Assembly (NCBI GenBank): GCA_964019425.1 | Contig: OZ025802.1 | Location: forward strand, 434,001-498,000 | From: Flectonema sp. DT1601 | Taxonomy: Eukaryota | Direction: 5' to 3' | DNA: 64,000 nt | Shown: piece by piece, positions 20,226 through 32,700 of the stretch | Layout of the letters: each line of letters starts with the position of its first letter | Position numbering within the stretch: the first letter of the stretch is position 1 | The notes under the pieces: model-generated | Database searches by the model: none | Seen by the model: the letters and a program-made list of their open reading frames with translations, nothing else | What the model was told of the DNA's origin: nothing | Made by a program: the position numbers and the translations under genes

Positions 20226-21682
20226 AACGGAAATTTCTTTTCAGGGAGGATACACAAAACTTTGTAATCAATACGAAACTATCACAGAGAATTGAGAGAA
20301 TCAGTCATCACTATAAAGCTGAACAGTCATTGGACTTTTCTCTACTTTTTACAATCTCAGAAGGAGATTCCAAGGTGCCAGAATCGAATAGCTTAGAAAT
20401 ACTAATTGTGAATAGAGATGTACTCCGACGGGGAAAAAAAAAAAAAAATGGAAAGAAAAGAAATAATTTAGTTAACAACTCGTCACTTGAGATTAGATGA
20501 TTTGCTTTAAATTCTTATGAGTGATGTCACACAAACTCGATATGAATGACCACTTATTACGTTTCAAAAGCACGGCAGCAAGACGAGGGAGGGCCAACCT
20601 AATACCCGAGACAGAAGAGAGCGTTACAATAAACAAAAAAAAAACTTAATAAAGCCATACATCAAAAACACACACACAGAACTTCACCCTTGGCCTTCAG
20701 TTAAGTAGGCTTTGCTGGGGTTGCTTCTTTCTTTTTTTTCTTCTCTTCCTCCTTTTTTCGGATAATACTACTTATTGTTTCTAGGGGGTACATCTGTGCC
20801 GATTCATGGTTTGGCGTTCAGAGAGGGTTGAATTTGTTTTTTTTAAAAAAAAAGAAAAAAGAAAAACGCATGGAACTCTCCAGGATGTTTCCTGGAAAAT
20901 GCGATTCGCCAATTAATTCAGTTCAATGAAAGTAAGGGATTGGTGACTACCTTACTTAAAGTTGCAATAAATGCTGAAGGTACTCAATCGTTTCTGATTA
21001 TTACCGCAAAAGACGCAACATTGTTCTAATTCAGTAAACTGATGAGGGCACTCAACAGTGGGATGCGGTTCGAAAGCATTAAAAAAAAGATTTCTTTCCC
21101 CCCCCCCCTTTTTTCCTTCATAAGCCACAAGCATCTCAATCGAGTTCAATTTTCTCGTGCATTGATATGAAGTTTTCCTTCTTTCTATTTTGCTGACAAA
21201 ACAGGGAGGTTAACTTTTTATACCGATTCAGTCAAACCTTTGGTTTGCCACGTTTGAAAAGACCAACACATAGAGGGATAAAAACAATAAAAAAAACACT
21301 CAAATCAGCACTCAGTGAAAATTGTCGCGAGATAAACAACCTTCCTACTAAAGCACAGGTACACAACACAGCTGATTGAGACAGACTTTTAAAACAAAAT
21401 ATTATCGTTGATAAGTTACCAGTCGACAGTAGTAAGATTTGCTAAAGGGAACTATCGGAAACTTACAAAGAAAAACAAGAACTTCGCTGAGGGGGATACA
21501 TTTCCCCCCCATCGACTTAGCAGAAATCTCATCGTAACCAAGACAGCAATACAACAAAATAAAAAAATATTTGTTTGAGGTTCCGACAGTTGACAGAACC
21601 TCATCTGCGCTTTACAATTTACACGTTAGGAAAGAACTAATAATTACAACACATCGGTGGGAAAGTAAGTAAGGCTATAAAA

Positions 21683-24600
21683 CTACTCTAAGGCATTTAC
21701 ATCCTTGAACTTTGGGAGATCTGCGTAGGCTTCTGGATCCTGTTTGTGGTTATTGATTACTGTTTCTGTTATGAAACAAACTGATAAATAATCTGATGAA
21801 AATACGGTGAGATCGGTGGTTTCTCAGTCTCATGGCAGGGAGTGTCTTTATTTAGCGTTGGAATAAACTGCAACAGACCCTTGTTACCATAATCCTGATG
21901 AAGCCTGAGGTCCTGTAGAATCTTGCAGGAATTGGATGTGAAGACGCCCCGAGAGAACCCGAGGTACGTACTGGATGAGGGGATGGTAGATTCGTGTCAG
22001 GACGGATAGCAACAACGTCGTGTGCACACTGCCTGGTCGAGAAATCGATGCCGCAGGAGGAGTGTTCGTGCATCATGCCGCGAGATGCATCAACAACGCT
22101 GGCATACAACTGAAGGGCGGTGAAGGGAACTCCGGCGGGTGATGAGTCACCTCACGGGGTTAGAGTAGAAAAAAGAATTGGCTTTAACTTCAACTATACA
22201 GAAAATAATGATATAACACTGTGATTTTTTGTTTGTGCACGAAACCGTGAACCGACTTAAACTGATAAAGCTAAAGGAGGTTTACGTGTGCTGCCAACAT
22301 TCTTTTTCGTTCTTACAATACTTGTTAAATGCAAAAAAAAAAGAGAAAAAAAAACAAACGTTTCCTGTTAAGTCATTGGCCATCTCTTCTTCTCCAGCAT
22401 TCCAGAAACTGGGGCGTTCTTCTCGGGCCTTATTCTTATTGAAGTAGAATACGCCTCCGACTGCAGCAAGGACTAAGAATATAGAACCTAATATAATAAG
22501 AACAATAACACCAGTACTCAAGCCATCTGAACTATCATCTCCAGTTCCAGCACCATTTGTATCACCAGAAGGGGCAGATGTATAGTTCGTTCCATTCGGT
22601 GACATAGTTGAGGGTGACATCGTTGATGGTGTGAGTGTGGTACCTTGAGGTGCATTTGGAGACAATGTCATCGCAGAAGGACACTTTATGTATTGATTTG
22701 CTCCAGTTGCTTCCTTACAGGCTGCTCTAGATTTACAAACTTGAACACCACCTCCGTTATCAACACAACTGTCAGAACATTCACAAGTAGTGTTGGCGTC
22801 TAATCCATTTGCACAAAGTAACCAGCTGTAGTCAGAACTCTGATTGTCTTTACTCCACTGTGACCAGCTACAGGCAGGGTCAACCTTACACCAGGGAACT
22901 GATGGAGAGTTCATTGATGTACTACAGCCTGGATAAGAATCTCCATTATAATCAAAAGGGTTTAAACAATCACAAGAAACATTTGAAGTACAAAAAATAC
23001 TTTGTACTGCCGCACTCGACACCGGGTCTGTGATCTCAGCCTTTGAATTGCAAGCAACGTCTTCAACAACACACCAAGTTTGAGTACCATCTGGTGTAGT
23101 GCTACAGTTCTTGTAAGTGTTTCCTCCCCAATTCCATGATGCTTTACACGTACACTGGGCTGGAGTGCACGATGCATACGCTTGGTTACTGTCTCCGTTA
23201 TTACCAGCAGGCGAGGACTTACAAGGGGCGTTATTAATTACACAATATGGGACATTAGCATTTATACAATCACCACAAGTACAATCAGCAGTACCAATGT
23301 TATCATCACAAGTCTTATAAGGATATCCAAAGCCATCGGTTAGAGCTGAAGGACAGTTTGAATCAATATAACACCAGGGTCTTGATGGTGAGTCAGGTGT
23401 TGTTTGACAACCTTTGTAAGTTACTCCAGAAGAATGGTTCCAGGAAGCTAAACAATCACAGGCGTCGTCTCTGACGCAGCTCATGTATGAGATGGTTGTT
23501 CCTAAACTATCAGTACCAGAAGATGCTGAATTACAAGTTTGATTATTTACTGCACACCAGGTAGCACCTTGTGTGTTAGGTGTCGATTGACACCCAGAGT
23601 AATCAACTCCCTCCCATCTCCAAGAAGTAAGACAGCCGCAGTCAGTTGGTTTACATGTAGCGTAAGCCTTTCCAGCTGTGTTGTTTGCTGCTGGTGAATT
23701 CATACAAGGAGCGTTTGTAATCTCACAGTTTGGTGTTTTAGTATTTTGACACACGTTACTTCCACACTGACATGGTTTAGACAAATCAAGTCCTTCATTA
23801 CATTGTTTAAATGGGGATGTGAAACCGGATGTGTCATTCTTTGGGAATGCAGAATTACAATTATCACCCACAAAACACCACGCCCTTGAAGGAGAATCTG
23901 GTGTAGTTTGACATCCACTGTAAGTAACAGACTTGTATGTCCATTGTGAACGACAATCACACTCAGAAGGTGAGCATGTTATGTAAGCTTCATTATTCGC
24001 ACCATTCGATCCAACTGGAGTAGTGCTACAAGGTGCGTTATCAGCAACACAGTAAGAGTTTAGAATGTTAACACAAGTATTTGATCCACAACTGCAAACT
24101 GTGTTAGCATCAATCCCATCAGCACAATACTTATATGGGAATGATTCGAATGTTGAGGGATCTGTTCCAAATAATCTTCCATTTGTACTATTACACGTCC
24201 AGTCTACAACACACCAGGCAGCTGATGGACTGTTTTGAGTTGTCTGACATCCATTGTACTGAGTTCCGTTAAAAGTCCATTGAGCTTTACAATCACATGC
24301 TCCCTGAACTTCATCAGGTTGACATATCATGTAAGCATCACCATTTGTGTTTAATTGAGCAGAGTCACAAGGAGCATTACCAACAATACACCAACTACTA
24401 TAACCATAAGTAGCAGCATAGTATGTATTCATATTATTGCATGAAGTTGATGGGCATCCAATTTGACTGGTGTTGCAGGTAGATGGACTCAGATCTAACG
24501 AATAAGCACCTGAGTCAGTCCATGAAGGAAGACATTCACATGGAACTGATGAGTTGAGATTATCAGAACAATATTTGTAAGAATACACTTGACTTGATGC

Positions 24601-24792
24601 ATCTGTTCCATTTAGAGTGCTATCACACATTGTTGGGTCTTCAACCATACACCATCCTAGTGAAGGAGAAGATCTCGTTGTTTGACATCCCTCATAAGTC
24701 TCACCATCTAACGTCCAACTTGTTAAGCAATCACATGGAGCACTACTACTTGTCGCAATCATTGATGCGAATAGTAACAGGTTCCGAAACAT
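21683..24792 (-). CDS. Type I membrane protein with cysteine-rich fibronectin type II-like repeats; 2 exons
   Basis: Signal peptide MFRNLLLFASMIATSSS (alternative ATG 24831); about 7 CxCxxxWxxxGxxYxGC..WCxV repeats; S/T/P stalk; TM VIVLIILGSIFLVLAAVGGVFYF. Predicted intron 21740-22359 gives final exon DPEAYADLPKFKDVNALE*. Confidence 0.8.
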
Positions 24793-25243
24793 TTTTGTTG
24801 CTTTTTTTAGAATAATCTGGTTAGAAAACATAAAGTCAATTACTCAACTCAACTACTGAGGTTAAAAGTTCCATTGCCGTCGCTTCTTTCTCATAAAAGT
24901 TGGCAAAAAGAAACAAAACGAACTCTCACAACACCTTTTCTTTGACAATTCCTAAAAACAATATTTACGGTACAAAGACCTCCATTGAAGACGCAACTAA
25001 ACTACACAAGAACTCAAACCCGTCATATCAGACTGCTCTGGTAGAAATATTTTTCGTCTTTTTTTTTTTTTTTTTTTGAGTTTTTTTCTTTTGATACAAA
25101 ACACATCCACAACGACTAGCCAGTCTTTAATATCAAAAAACCCGGAAAAACGAACTGCGACTTATAAACAGTAAAAATAATAATAAAAAAAAAATTAAGA
25201 AGAAAACGTGGATGAGATCATATATCTCCAGGCCGGGCGGGGT

Positions 25244-25276
<33 letters not shown>

Positions 25277-26173
25277 AAAGAACCCCAATTAGAATATCAA
25301 AAACCTTTTTGTTGTTTTTTTTAAGTACGAAAACCATAACCAGAAAGAACAGAGAACAGCCTCAATATGTAATAAGTAAGTTACGTTACACATTTCCTAT
25401 AATTAAGACTACAACTACTCTCTAGTTTGATTAACGAAAGAGGGTGAGATAACTTTTAGGGGGGCGGGTGGGGCAAAAATAAAAAGCCTGTCCACTAAGT
25501 TGGTTCTACAAAAATATTTTGAAAAAAGAAAAAAAAAACGTAACATCATTATCTGTACGGGAGCGGGGACAAATGGAACGGTAAACACTACGGAGGGATA
25601 AGTATAACTGAGCGCCAGAAAGTTTCTTTTATTCTGTTTTCGTTCATTTTTCGTTTTTTTTATATAAAGTTTGCTTTTTTTTTTTTTTATCGTTTTCAGT
25701 TGCACGATGTTCCGCTACACGAAGACATCCAATGCAGCAGACAGGGTTGAAAACTAAAGTACGAATAAGAAAAAGAGAAAAAATAAAAATTACAAAATGC
25801 TTTTGACTCTCCAGGGAAATGGAAAACATAGTTTCAGGCAAGTGTACATCGAAATATCATACACATCATTGTGTGTTGTGTGTGCCGTGGCACATCGATA
25901 CTTTACATTACAATAAGATCAATCAACCTGTTTGGTTACTTAAGAACTTTTTGAGTACTGAGAAAGGGAAAGGGGGAGTTCACTACTCCGAGAGGAAGAC
26001 GAAACGGGTGACATGACAACCTTGCTTTCAACGTTGACGATGCCTAACCTGAATTATTATTTACTTCCTCTCTTTGTACTCTTGTTCAGGTCAATAACTT
26101 CAATCACGCTAATCTATTGTAAAGTCTACTGCAGTTGTTAACAAAGCTACTCGAACTGATAAAGTGAGGAATC

Positions 26174-29100
26174 CTATTCAGGCATTCCACTAAATGCGTG
26201 AAAGTCATCTATCCCAGAATGACGTCCTGTGAGCTGTGTTCCGATATCAGTCTCCGCATCTGAGACGAGTGCTGAGATCCATTCTTTCATTTCATGTTCC
26301 ATTAGCTTGTCGACCATTTCATTAATTTGAGTTCTAATTAAATCATTAATACAATATTCTACTTGTAATTTAATCTTTGTCTCAAGGTCAGACTTGGCTG
26401 ATTTCTTGATTCCAGACTTTTCTCTTCCAGTTGCTCCAACTGGAGGGACGATCTTATCAAGTTGGACTTTAAGTTGATCAATCTTTGCTTTTTGTTCTTC
26501 CCATCGACGTTCTGGTGTACTAGCGAATCTCATTGTAAATAGCTCGTCGATTTCATCTTTTTTAGTTGGTAGTCTGTCTTCATGTTTTAACTTTCTTCTG
26601 GTGTAGTAATCTTCTTCATTACCCGTGTGAGTCTTGCGTCTCATTTCAGCTTCCCACTCGTGATGAAATTCCATCATATCTTGAACCAAGTCTTTTGGTT
26701 GAACTCTAGTTTGTTTAGCACTCTTAAGTACAACACCTTCTTCACCAGTGTCTTTATCATAGAAGAAGTATTCTTGATCTTTACCAAAACGTTCTTCGAT
26801 GTAGTCGTCAAGAACTTTAGAAGTCAACTGAAGGTTATCAACAAATCGAGTACAATGTTTATTAATGTAGTATGAAGTCTCTAGGTTACTCCAATAGATT
26901 CGAGGGTTCATGTCTGCTATTCTTTTTTTCTCAATCGCCACATCTTCTGGTGACATTCCACAACAAGATTTAAACATCAAAACTATCTTCTTAAACCAAT
27001 AAATAATCTCAACAACAAGAGAATTTCTAAGAATCAACGGAGGTACAGACCAAGTCCTTTTCTTACCCGGAGGGTTCCATGCTTGGTTTGATTTAAGTTC
27101 TTGTTGACGAATTAGGATTTCAGTCAGTTCTCCACCTTCGTATTTGTTTTCTTGGATAGTGTTGAATGCGTCTCCCAACACAGCAATAATCATATTAAAC
27201 AACAGAATGACTGCTAAAATCTGAAACAACGCAAAGAATATCGGAGTGAATATTCTGTGACTCTCTCTCAAGGCGACATAATCAAAATCTCCTAAAAGCA
27301 TGAGCATAAGAGATCTAGCAGAGTCACCAAGACTTCGATAGTTTTCATCAACGTGTCCATAAACAACGTAGCACATGAGTGCGAATGCGACGAATACAAA
27401 GGCGAAGATTACTAAAATAGCAACAATTTCATCTCTTGCGAATCCGATGGTTCTCGTCAACAAGTTCAGTCTCGGGTTTAGTTTTAAGAAATAAAAGATT
27501 CGAAGATAAACGAGCATCGCATTAATCGCATTAATATTATCACTAAACTGTGACAGGTACGCTATCTCATCATATCCAGGAGGATAATGTTTGTTTTGAA
27601 GAAGACAGTTCGCAGTAGTTCCCTTAAAAACTATATAAAATCGCATTCCCCAAGCACACGCGAACAGAGCTAAGTTACAAAAATCATACCAAACCCAAAA
27701 GTCATTCACTGCTTTTTTTAAAGCCCTAAACCATAAGAGTGGTGAGTCTTCGTTTGCTTGGAGCATCTGTTGGCGATACGACTGTGTTTGAGTCCAAATA
27801 AATCGAAACCAGACACCAATATAACCAATTACCCAAGCGAAATAAATCATATACATCACATGGTATATTACTGCTTCTTCTCCCCAATTAAATAAACGAA
27901 ATGCTATCGTATCATGAAGAGGAATCCAAGCACCTCCAGCTGTGAGTTCAACAAAGAATGACATCCTCGAGAGAAGTTCAATATTTTGATTAAACATAAA
28001 CATCTCAATGACAATTCCTCTCGTTTGCTTATCAATCCACTTGACAGTAGTCGTTTCATTACCATGAGAGAAGACATTAAAATGTGTGGACTTGATTCCA
28101 TTCTTAAGTAAACCAACTAATTCTTTTGCCTCTTCTAAAGTAGAGTCGAATGGAATGATTTGAGCGAATCCATCACAACTATAAAGACCTGTCTTTCCAT
28201 TGTAGACCTCAACTCCTGTTGAGTTTAAGTCTCTACAACTTCTGTATGTGAATGCGTCTTTTACTTTTAAATGTTCAGTTTTAACATTACGGAAATCAAG
28301 AAGAGAGGTGTGAACATAACTGGCTGGGAGGTTATTGCAGTTGGGGTCAAGTCTGCAACGCTCCTCTTCATTTTGGAGATATGCACCATCATGAATGCGG
28401 TCAATAACAACATACGAACCTCCATCGGATTTCCTGTCTGTTACTGCTGGGATTTCAAGACCAAGAGGAACGTACTCACCGTAGCACTTTAAATTGAAAT
28501 CATCGAGTCTTGCTTGAAGCTTCTGTGGGGAAACAGACTGATGTTTGTGAACACTCAACTCATCCCAATCTCTTCCACACGACGATCCTTCAATTCGAAG
28601 TTGTCGGATTCGCATGGCACCGACTGGCATGTTGGAGTGTTGAACAAATTGATTTGCTTTGACTTCAGAGTCTTTCTGACCGTCATCTTGTTGCCAAAGT
28701 GATTCCATCAGAGGACCTTCAACGAATTGCCAAAACTCTTCTTCACTTGCGATGTCATAATAAACCTTTTTGTATCGAAGATCATCAGACTGAGTGAACT
28801 CCTCATCTAAGAACTTATCGAGAAGTGTTGCAGTCATCCAGTAACCGTTTCCAAGAGACTTTCCTTCAACCAGAAAGAATGAAAAAAGAATAACAAACGG
28901 GATGTACACCCACAACCCTAACGAGTCCTCAGCTTGCATCTGTTGACTTCTTACAAATTGAATGTCGAATCTGGTTTTTGGATCCGTGCTGTAGTAGCGA
29001 AGGACGTCTTCGATAAAGATTCCTTCTCCATTGTCTGCATCTTGGAGGTCAGCCTCAATGGAATCTAATTTTCTTTTTATGTCTTTCTTTTCTAACTTGC

Positions 29101-29293
29101 TTACTTTATCGAGTTCCTTCTTCTTCTCTCTCGCATGTAATATCTGATTAAGTTGTTCAATAAATTGTGGGATTGGTACCCTTCCGTGCCACTTCTTCTT
29201 ATCACCGATCATCTTGTACTTCTTTCTGTACTCAGTGTTGACCCATTCTTGAATCTTCTCAACCTCATCTGGTTTTAGTAAAGTCGATGACAT
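26174..29293 (-). CDS. PKD2: Polycystin-2 (PKD2/TRPP)-like cation channel
   Basis: FWQFVEGPL, GAMRIRQLR, WIDKQTRGIVIE (TOP domain); six TM segments; pore LLGDFDY; ILLFNMIIAVL. First in-frame ATG at 29293. Confidence 0.88.
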   Translation of the reverse strand: MSSTLLKPDEVEKIQEWVNTEYRKKYKMIGDKKKWHGRVPIPQFIEQLNQILHAREKKKELDKVSKLEKKDIKRKLDSIEADLQDADNGEGIFIEDVLRYYSTDPKTRFDIQFVRSQQMQAEDSLGLWVYIPFVILFSFFLVEGKSLGNGYWMTATLLDKFLDEEFTQSDDLRYKKVYYDIASEEEFWQFVEGPLMESLWQQDDGQKDSEVKANQFVQHSNMPVGAMRIRQLRIEGSSCGRDWDELSVHKHQSVSPQKLQARLDDFNLKCYGEYVPLGLEIPAVTDRKSDGGSYVVIDRIHDGAYLQNEEERCRLDPNCNNLPASYVHTSLLDFRNVKTEHLKVKDAFTYRSCRDLNSTGVEVYNGKTGLYSCDGFAQIIPFDSTLEEAKELVGLLKNGIKSTHFNVFSHGNETTTVKWIDKQTRGIVIEMFMFNQNIELLSRMSFFVELTAGGAWIPLHDTIAFRLFNWGEEAVIYHVMYMIYFAWVIGYIGVWFRFIWTQTQSYRQQMLQANEDSPLLWFRALKKAVNDFWVWYDFCNLALFACAWGMRFYIVFKGTTANCLLQNKHYPPGYDEIAYLSQFSDNINAINAMLVYLRIFYFLKLNPRLNLLTRTIGFARDEIVAILVIFAFVFVAFALMCYVVYGHVDENYRSLGDSARSLMLMLLGDFDYVALRESHRIFTPIFFALFQILAVILLFNMIIAVLGDAFNTIQENKYEGGELTEILIRQQELKSNQAWNPPGKKRTWSVPPLILRNSLVVEIIYWFKKIVLMFKSCCGMSPEDVAIEKKRIADMNPRIYWSNLETSYYINKHCTRFVDNLQLTSKVLDDYIEERFGKDQEYFFYDKDTGEEGVVLKSAKQTRVQPKDLVQDMMEFHHEWEAEMRRKTHTGNEEDYYTRRKLKHEDRLPTKKDEIDELFTMRFASTPERRWEEQKAKIDQLKVQLDKIVPPVGATGREKSGIKKSAKSDLETKIKLQVEYCINDLIRTQINEMVDKLMEHEMKEWISALVSDAETDIGTQLTGRHSGIDDFHAFSGMPE

Positions 29294-29787
29294 GTTTGGA
29301 GAGTAGGAGGCTCCGCACCCCAACCCAACCTGACGAGATGAATAGAACTGAGAATACAAAATATTAATATTATCCTACGGAGTAAACAACAACACCACCA
29401 CTGAACATCTCATGTGTGGACTACTTGCTTAGTGAATGTTGGTATTAATAAAGAGCAGAATTATTATTTCAAAAATACGATCTCACTAACTCACTCAGAT
29501 GGCTGAGGTGTTGTAAAGATCGATGGACTCAAAGAAGTGAAGAGGGAGTTCAGACAACTTCACTGACAACGATAATCAGTTTCTGGGAAAGATAAACCGA
29601 CGTGTGTTGGGAACGGACGAAAAAGATGATTTTTACACTTTTTGAATACACTGTACTACCAACTGTGGTATACTAACGTCTGTGGTATTGGACTCTCGTA
29701 TTGGTTAGATGAGAATAGAGTCCTCGACACTAATAAATAAAATAAAATAAAAGTTGTTCGAATATCCACCAACAGGAAGACAGAGGT

Positions 29788-32700
29788 TTACATTTCTTCA
29801 TTTCCTTCACTTTCCTCCTCGTCTTCTTCGTCATCATCCTGTTCTTCTGGTTTCGCAACATCAAAAGAATACTGCATATCAACACCAATATAAGAATCAC
29901 ATATTAAGTAAATAGAGAATGTGTACCCTGGAACAGTCTTCCCACTCTGGTCAACGATGTCCTTGAGGTTTGGGTCCCAGTCCTCATCCCATTCGAAGGT
30001 CATAGAAGTAGTTTGGAATCTTCCCATTCGTGAGATTCTCTTTAAAGCCAACAATTCACCTGTTGCTGGATCACCGAGTACGACCCACCATTGTTCATCT
30101 TTTGGTTTTGGGAATCGTGAAGCGTAAGCACTCTTATTAGGAGCTGATTGCCTAAACATTTCAACTGTTACTTTGATCTCAGGTTCATCATCATCATCTT
30201 CTCCAGCTTCGATATCATAAAAGAGACGAACATCAATTACTGGGAAGCATTGAGCAGCACTGTTGTGGTTTGTGTTTGTTGGTTGTATTATTATTATGAG
30301 GCTGAAAAAAAAGTAAAAAAAAAAAAAATAAGATAAGAAAACCATACCGACAAATTTCAGCTTCTTGTTTGTACGAAAATCCCAACTTCTTCAACTGCTC
30401 TCTTGCGATAATCGGATCGGTGTTGATGAAGTCAGAGATACCGTGAATACCAACTTGTTTGAGTGGAGCTAAGTGTTCAAGCGTGATATTTGGAAGTTGA
30501 AGAAGAGTGTTATCGTGAACCCAACGTCCTTGACATATCATTTGAAGAAGTTGCATACATTTAATAGTTGAGAACAACAATCCATTATTAGCACTGATGT
30601 CGACCATTGCTTGAATAGTTCTAATACTATTATCTAAAACAGTCTTCGTGTCTGTAATGTAATCCGAGATTGGTAACGCTGCTTGTGAAAAGTGAGCCTG
30701 CAATAATAAATGTGCTTTGATGTGAGGACTCTCTAACTGACGAGTATCAACTTGAAATGGAACCAGTCTGGCTAAGTCCGCATTTAACTTATCTTCGTTA
30801 TGTCGAACTGGAAGTTCACTAAATTCGTTTGCTTCAGTTAAAAGTTTTAGAACATCTTGAAGAGAACTGTTGTCTTGAATACCATCTTCGAATAAACCGA
30901 CAGTTGTATGAGACAAGTAGTAGAATGAAGCGATTCGACCTGTTGGTGTGTTGTGTTTTAGATGAGATGGGTTCTTAAATAACATAAAAAATAAAATAAT
31001 AAATTCATACCCAAGACTGAAGGGATCAGAGCATCAGCATCGTAGTCTTCATCTTCAGGATCTGGTTCATCAAGACACTTTGCAGCGTAAAGATCTCTGA
31101 GAACCTTTTCAACGACGCCGGATAGAAAACGAGAAACAGCTTCATGATCAGCTGACTCAACACCATAGTAAGTTGGATTCTTATAAAGTCTTCTAAAGAG
31201 GTAAGTCCATGTTAGATAATCAACTGTGTCTTGTCTTTTTGTTATCGTCCCGGCAACGATCTCAGCGTTAATATGCTCATGCATATTCTTATGAAGAGAC
31301 GACTCAACTGGGAAGGGATCGTGTACAAACTTTTTATAAAAAGCTTTCTTTGGTTCGTGAACCATCACCACAGCAACTCCCTCAGTGTCGAATTGAGGAC
31401 GACCTGCACGTCCCATCATTTGAAGGACGTCAGTTAAACTGAAATCGACGTATGACTTCGTCTTGGCATCGTAGAATTCTGTTCCTTTGATGATAACTAA
31501 ATGAGCGGGGAAGTTAACACCCCAAGCAAGTGTTGATGTTGCCACGAGTACTTTTAATTTACCGCTAACGAACATATACTCCATGATGTCCTTATCTCCT
31601 TCTGTTAACCCAGCATGATGTATTCCAATACCAAATGCTAACAAGTGACGAAGATGCTCATCATTACACTGACTTACGTAGTCGTCGAGTTCTTCAGGAT
31701 CAAGACCAGCTGTGAACAGAGTTGGATCATTTGATATATTTAAGAAAGACACGAGATCTATTCCTGTTAGTCTTGTTTGTCTTCTTGATGAGACGAATAT
31801 AATTACTGGTTTCACAGTCATATGACCATCAGGGTGAAGCATCTTTGCGTGTTTTTCAATTGCAGTAAAACAAGGCTTATTCATAGTAGCCATCCGAGGG
31901 CAGTAATTACGACCCTCATATCCCTGGATGTGAAGTTGTAATGGAACTGGTCTGACTTGTGGCCTGAAATTATAAAGACCTGGACTGTTGGCATCAATAC
32001 CCATCCAGAATCCGAGATCACTGGCGTTAGCGAGGGCTGTTGATAATCCGATGATTCGGATTTTACGACCAATATGCCAACCCATGTAACGCATTCTACT
32101 TACGATGACTTCTAAAATAGGACCTCTGTCACCTCCAAGCATGTGAATCTCATCAATGACAACAAGAGCAACACTTTGAACGTAGCTTCTGTTCTGCCAG
32201 TTTCTTGAGATCCCATCCCACTTCTCAGGTGTACAACAGAGAATATCAGCTTTTGTTAATCTATTAATATCAGGTGTGTGATCTCCTGATAATTCTAATA
32301 CAGTCTTACCCAATACTGTTCCTAATCGTTTTGTCCAGTCCTTCATTCTCTCCTTTACAAGTGCTTTTAGGGGAGCGATGTAGACGACTTTGTCTTTTCC
32401 GACTTCACCAGATTGGTTAAAAACTCTGAACATTGCAATCTCTGCTGCGACTGTTTTTCCAGATCCAGTTGGTGCTCCGAATAATACATTCTTATCACTA
32501 TGGTATAAAGTATGAAAACATTGCGTCTGAACTGGATTGAAGTGAGTAAACTTCATAATCTCTCTGTACTTCGGATACGCTAATACGTTTTTGAGTTTAA
32601 GAGGTTCGAGTGATAGAAGTTCAGTAAATGGTCTCAAGTCTGAAGGCATGATGACACCATTAAGATACATGTCAACAGATTCTTCCGCATTCAACCATCT

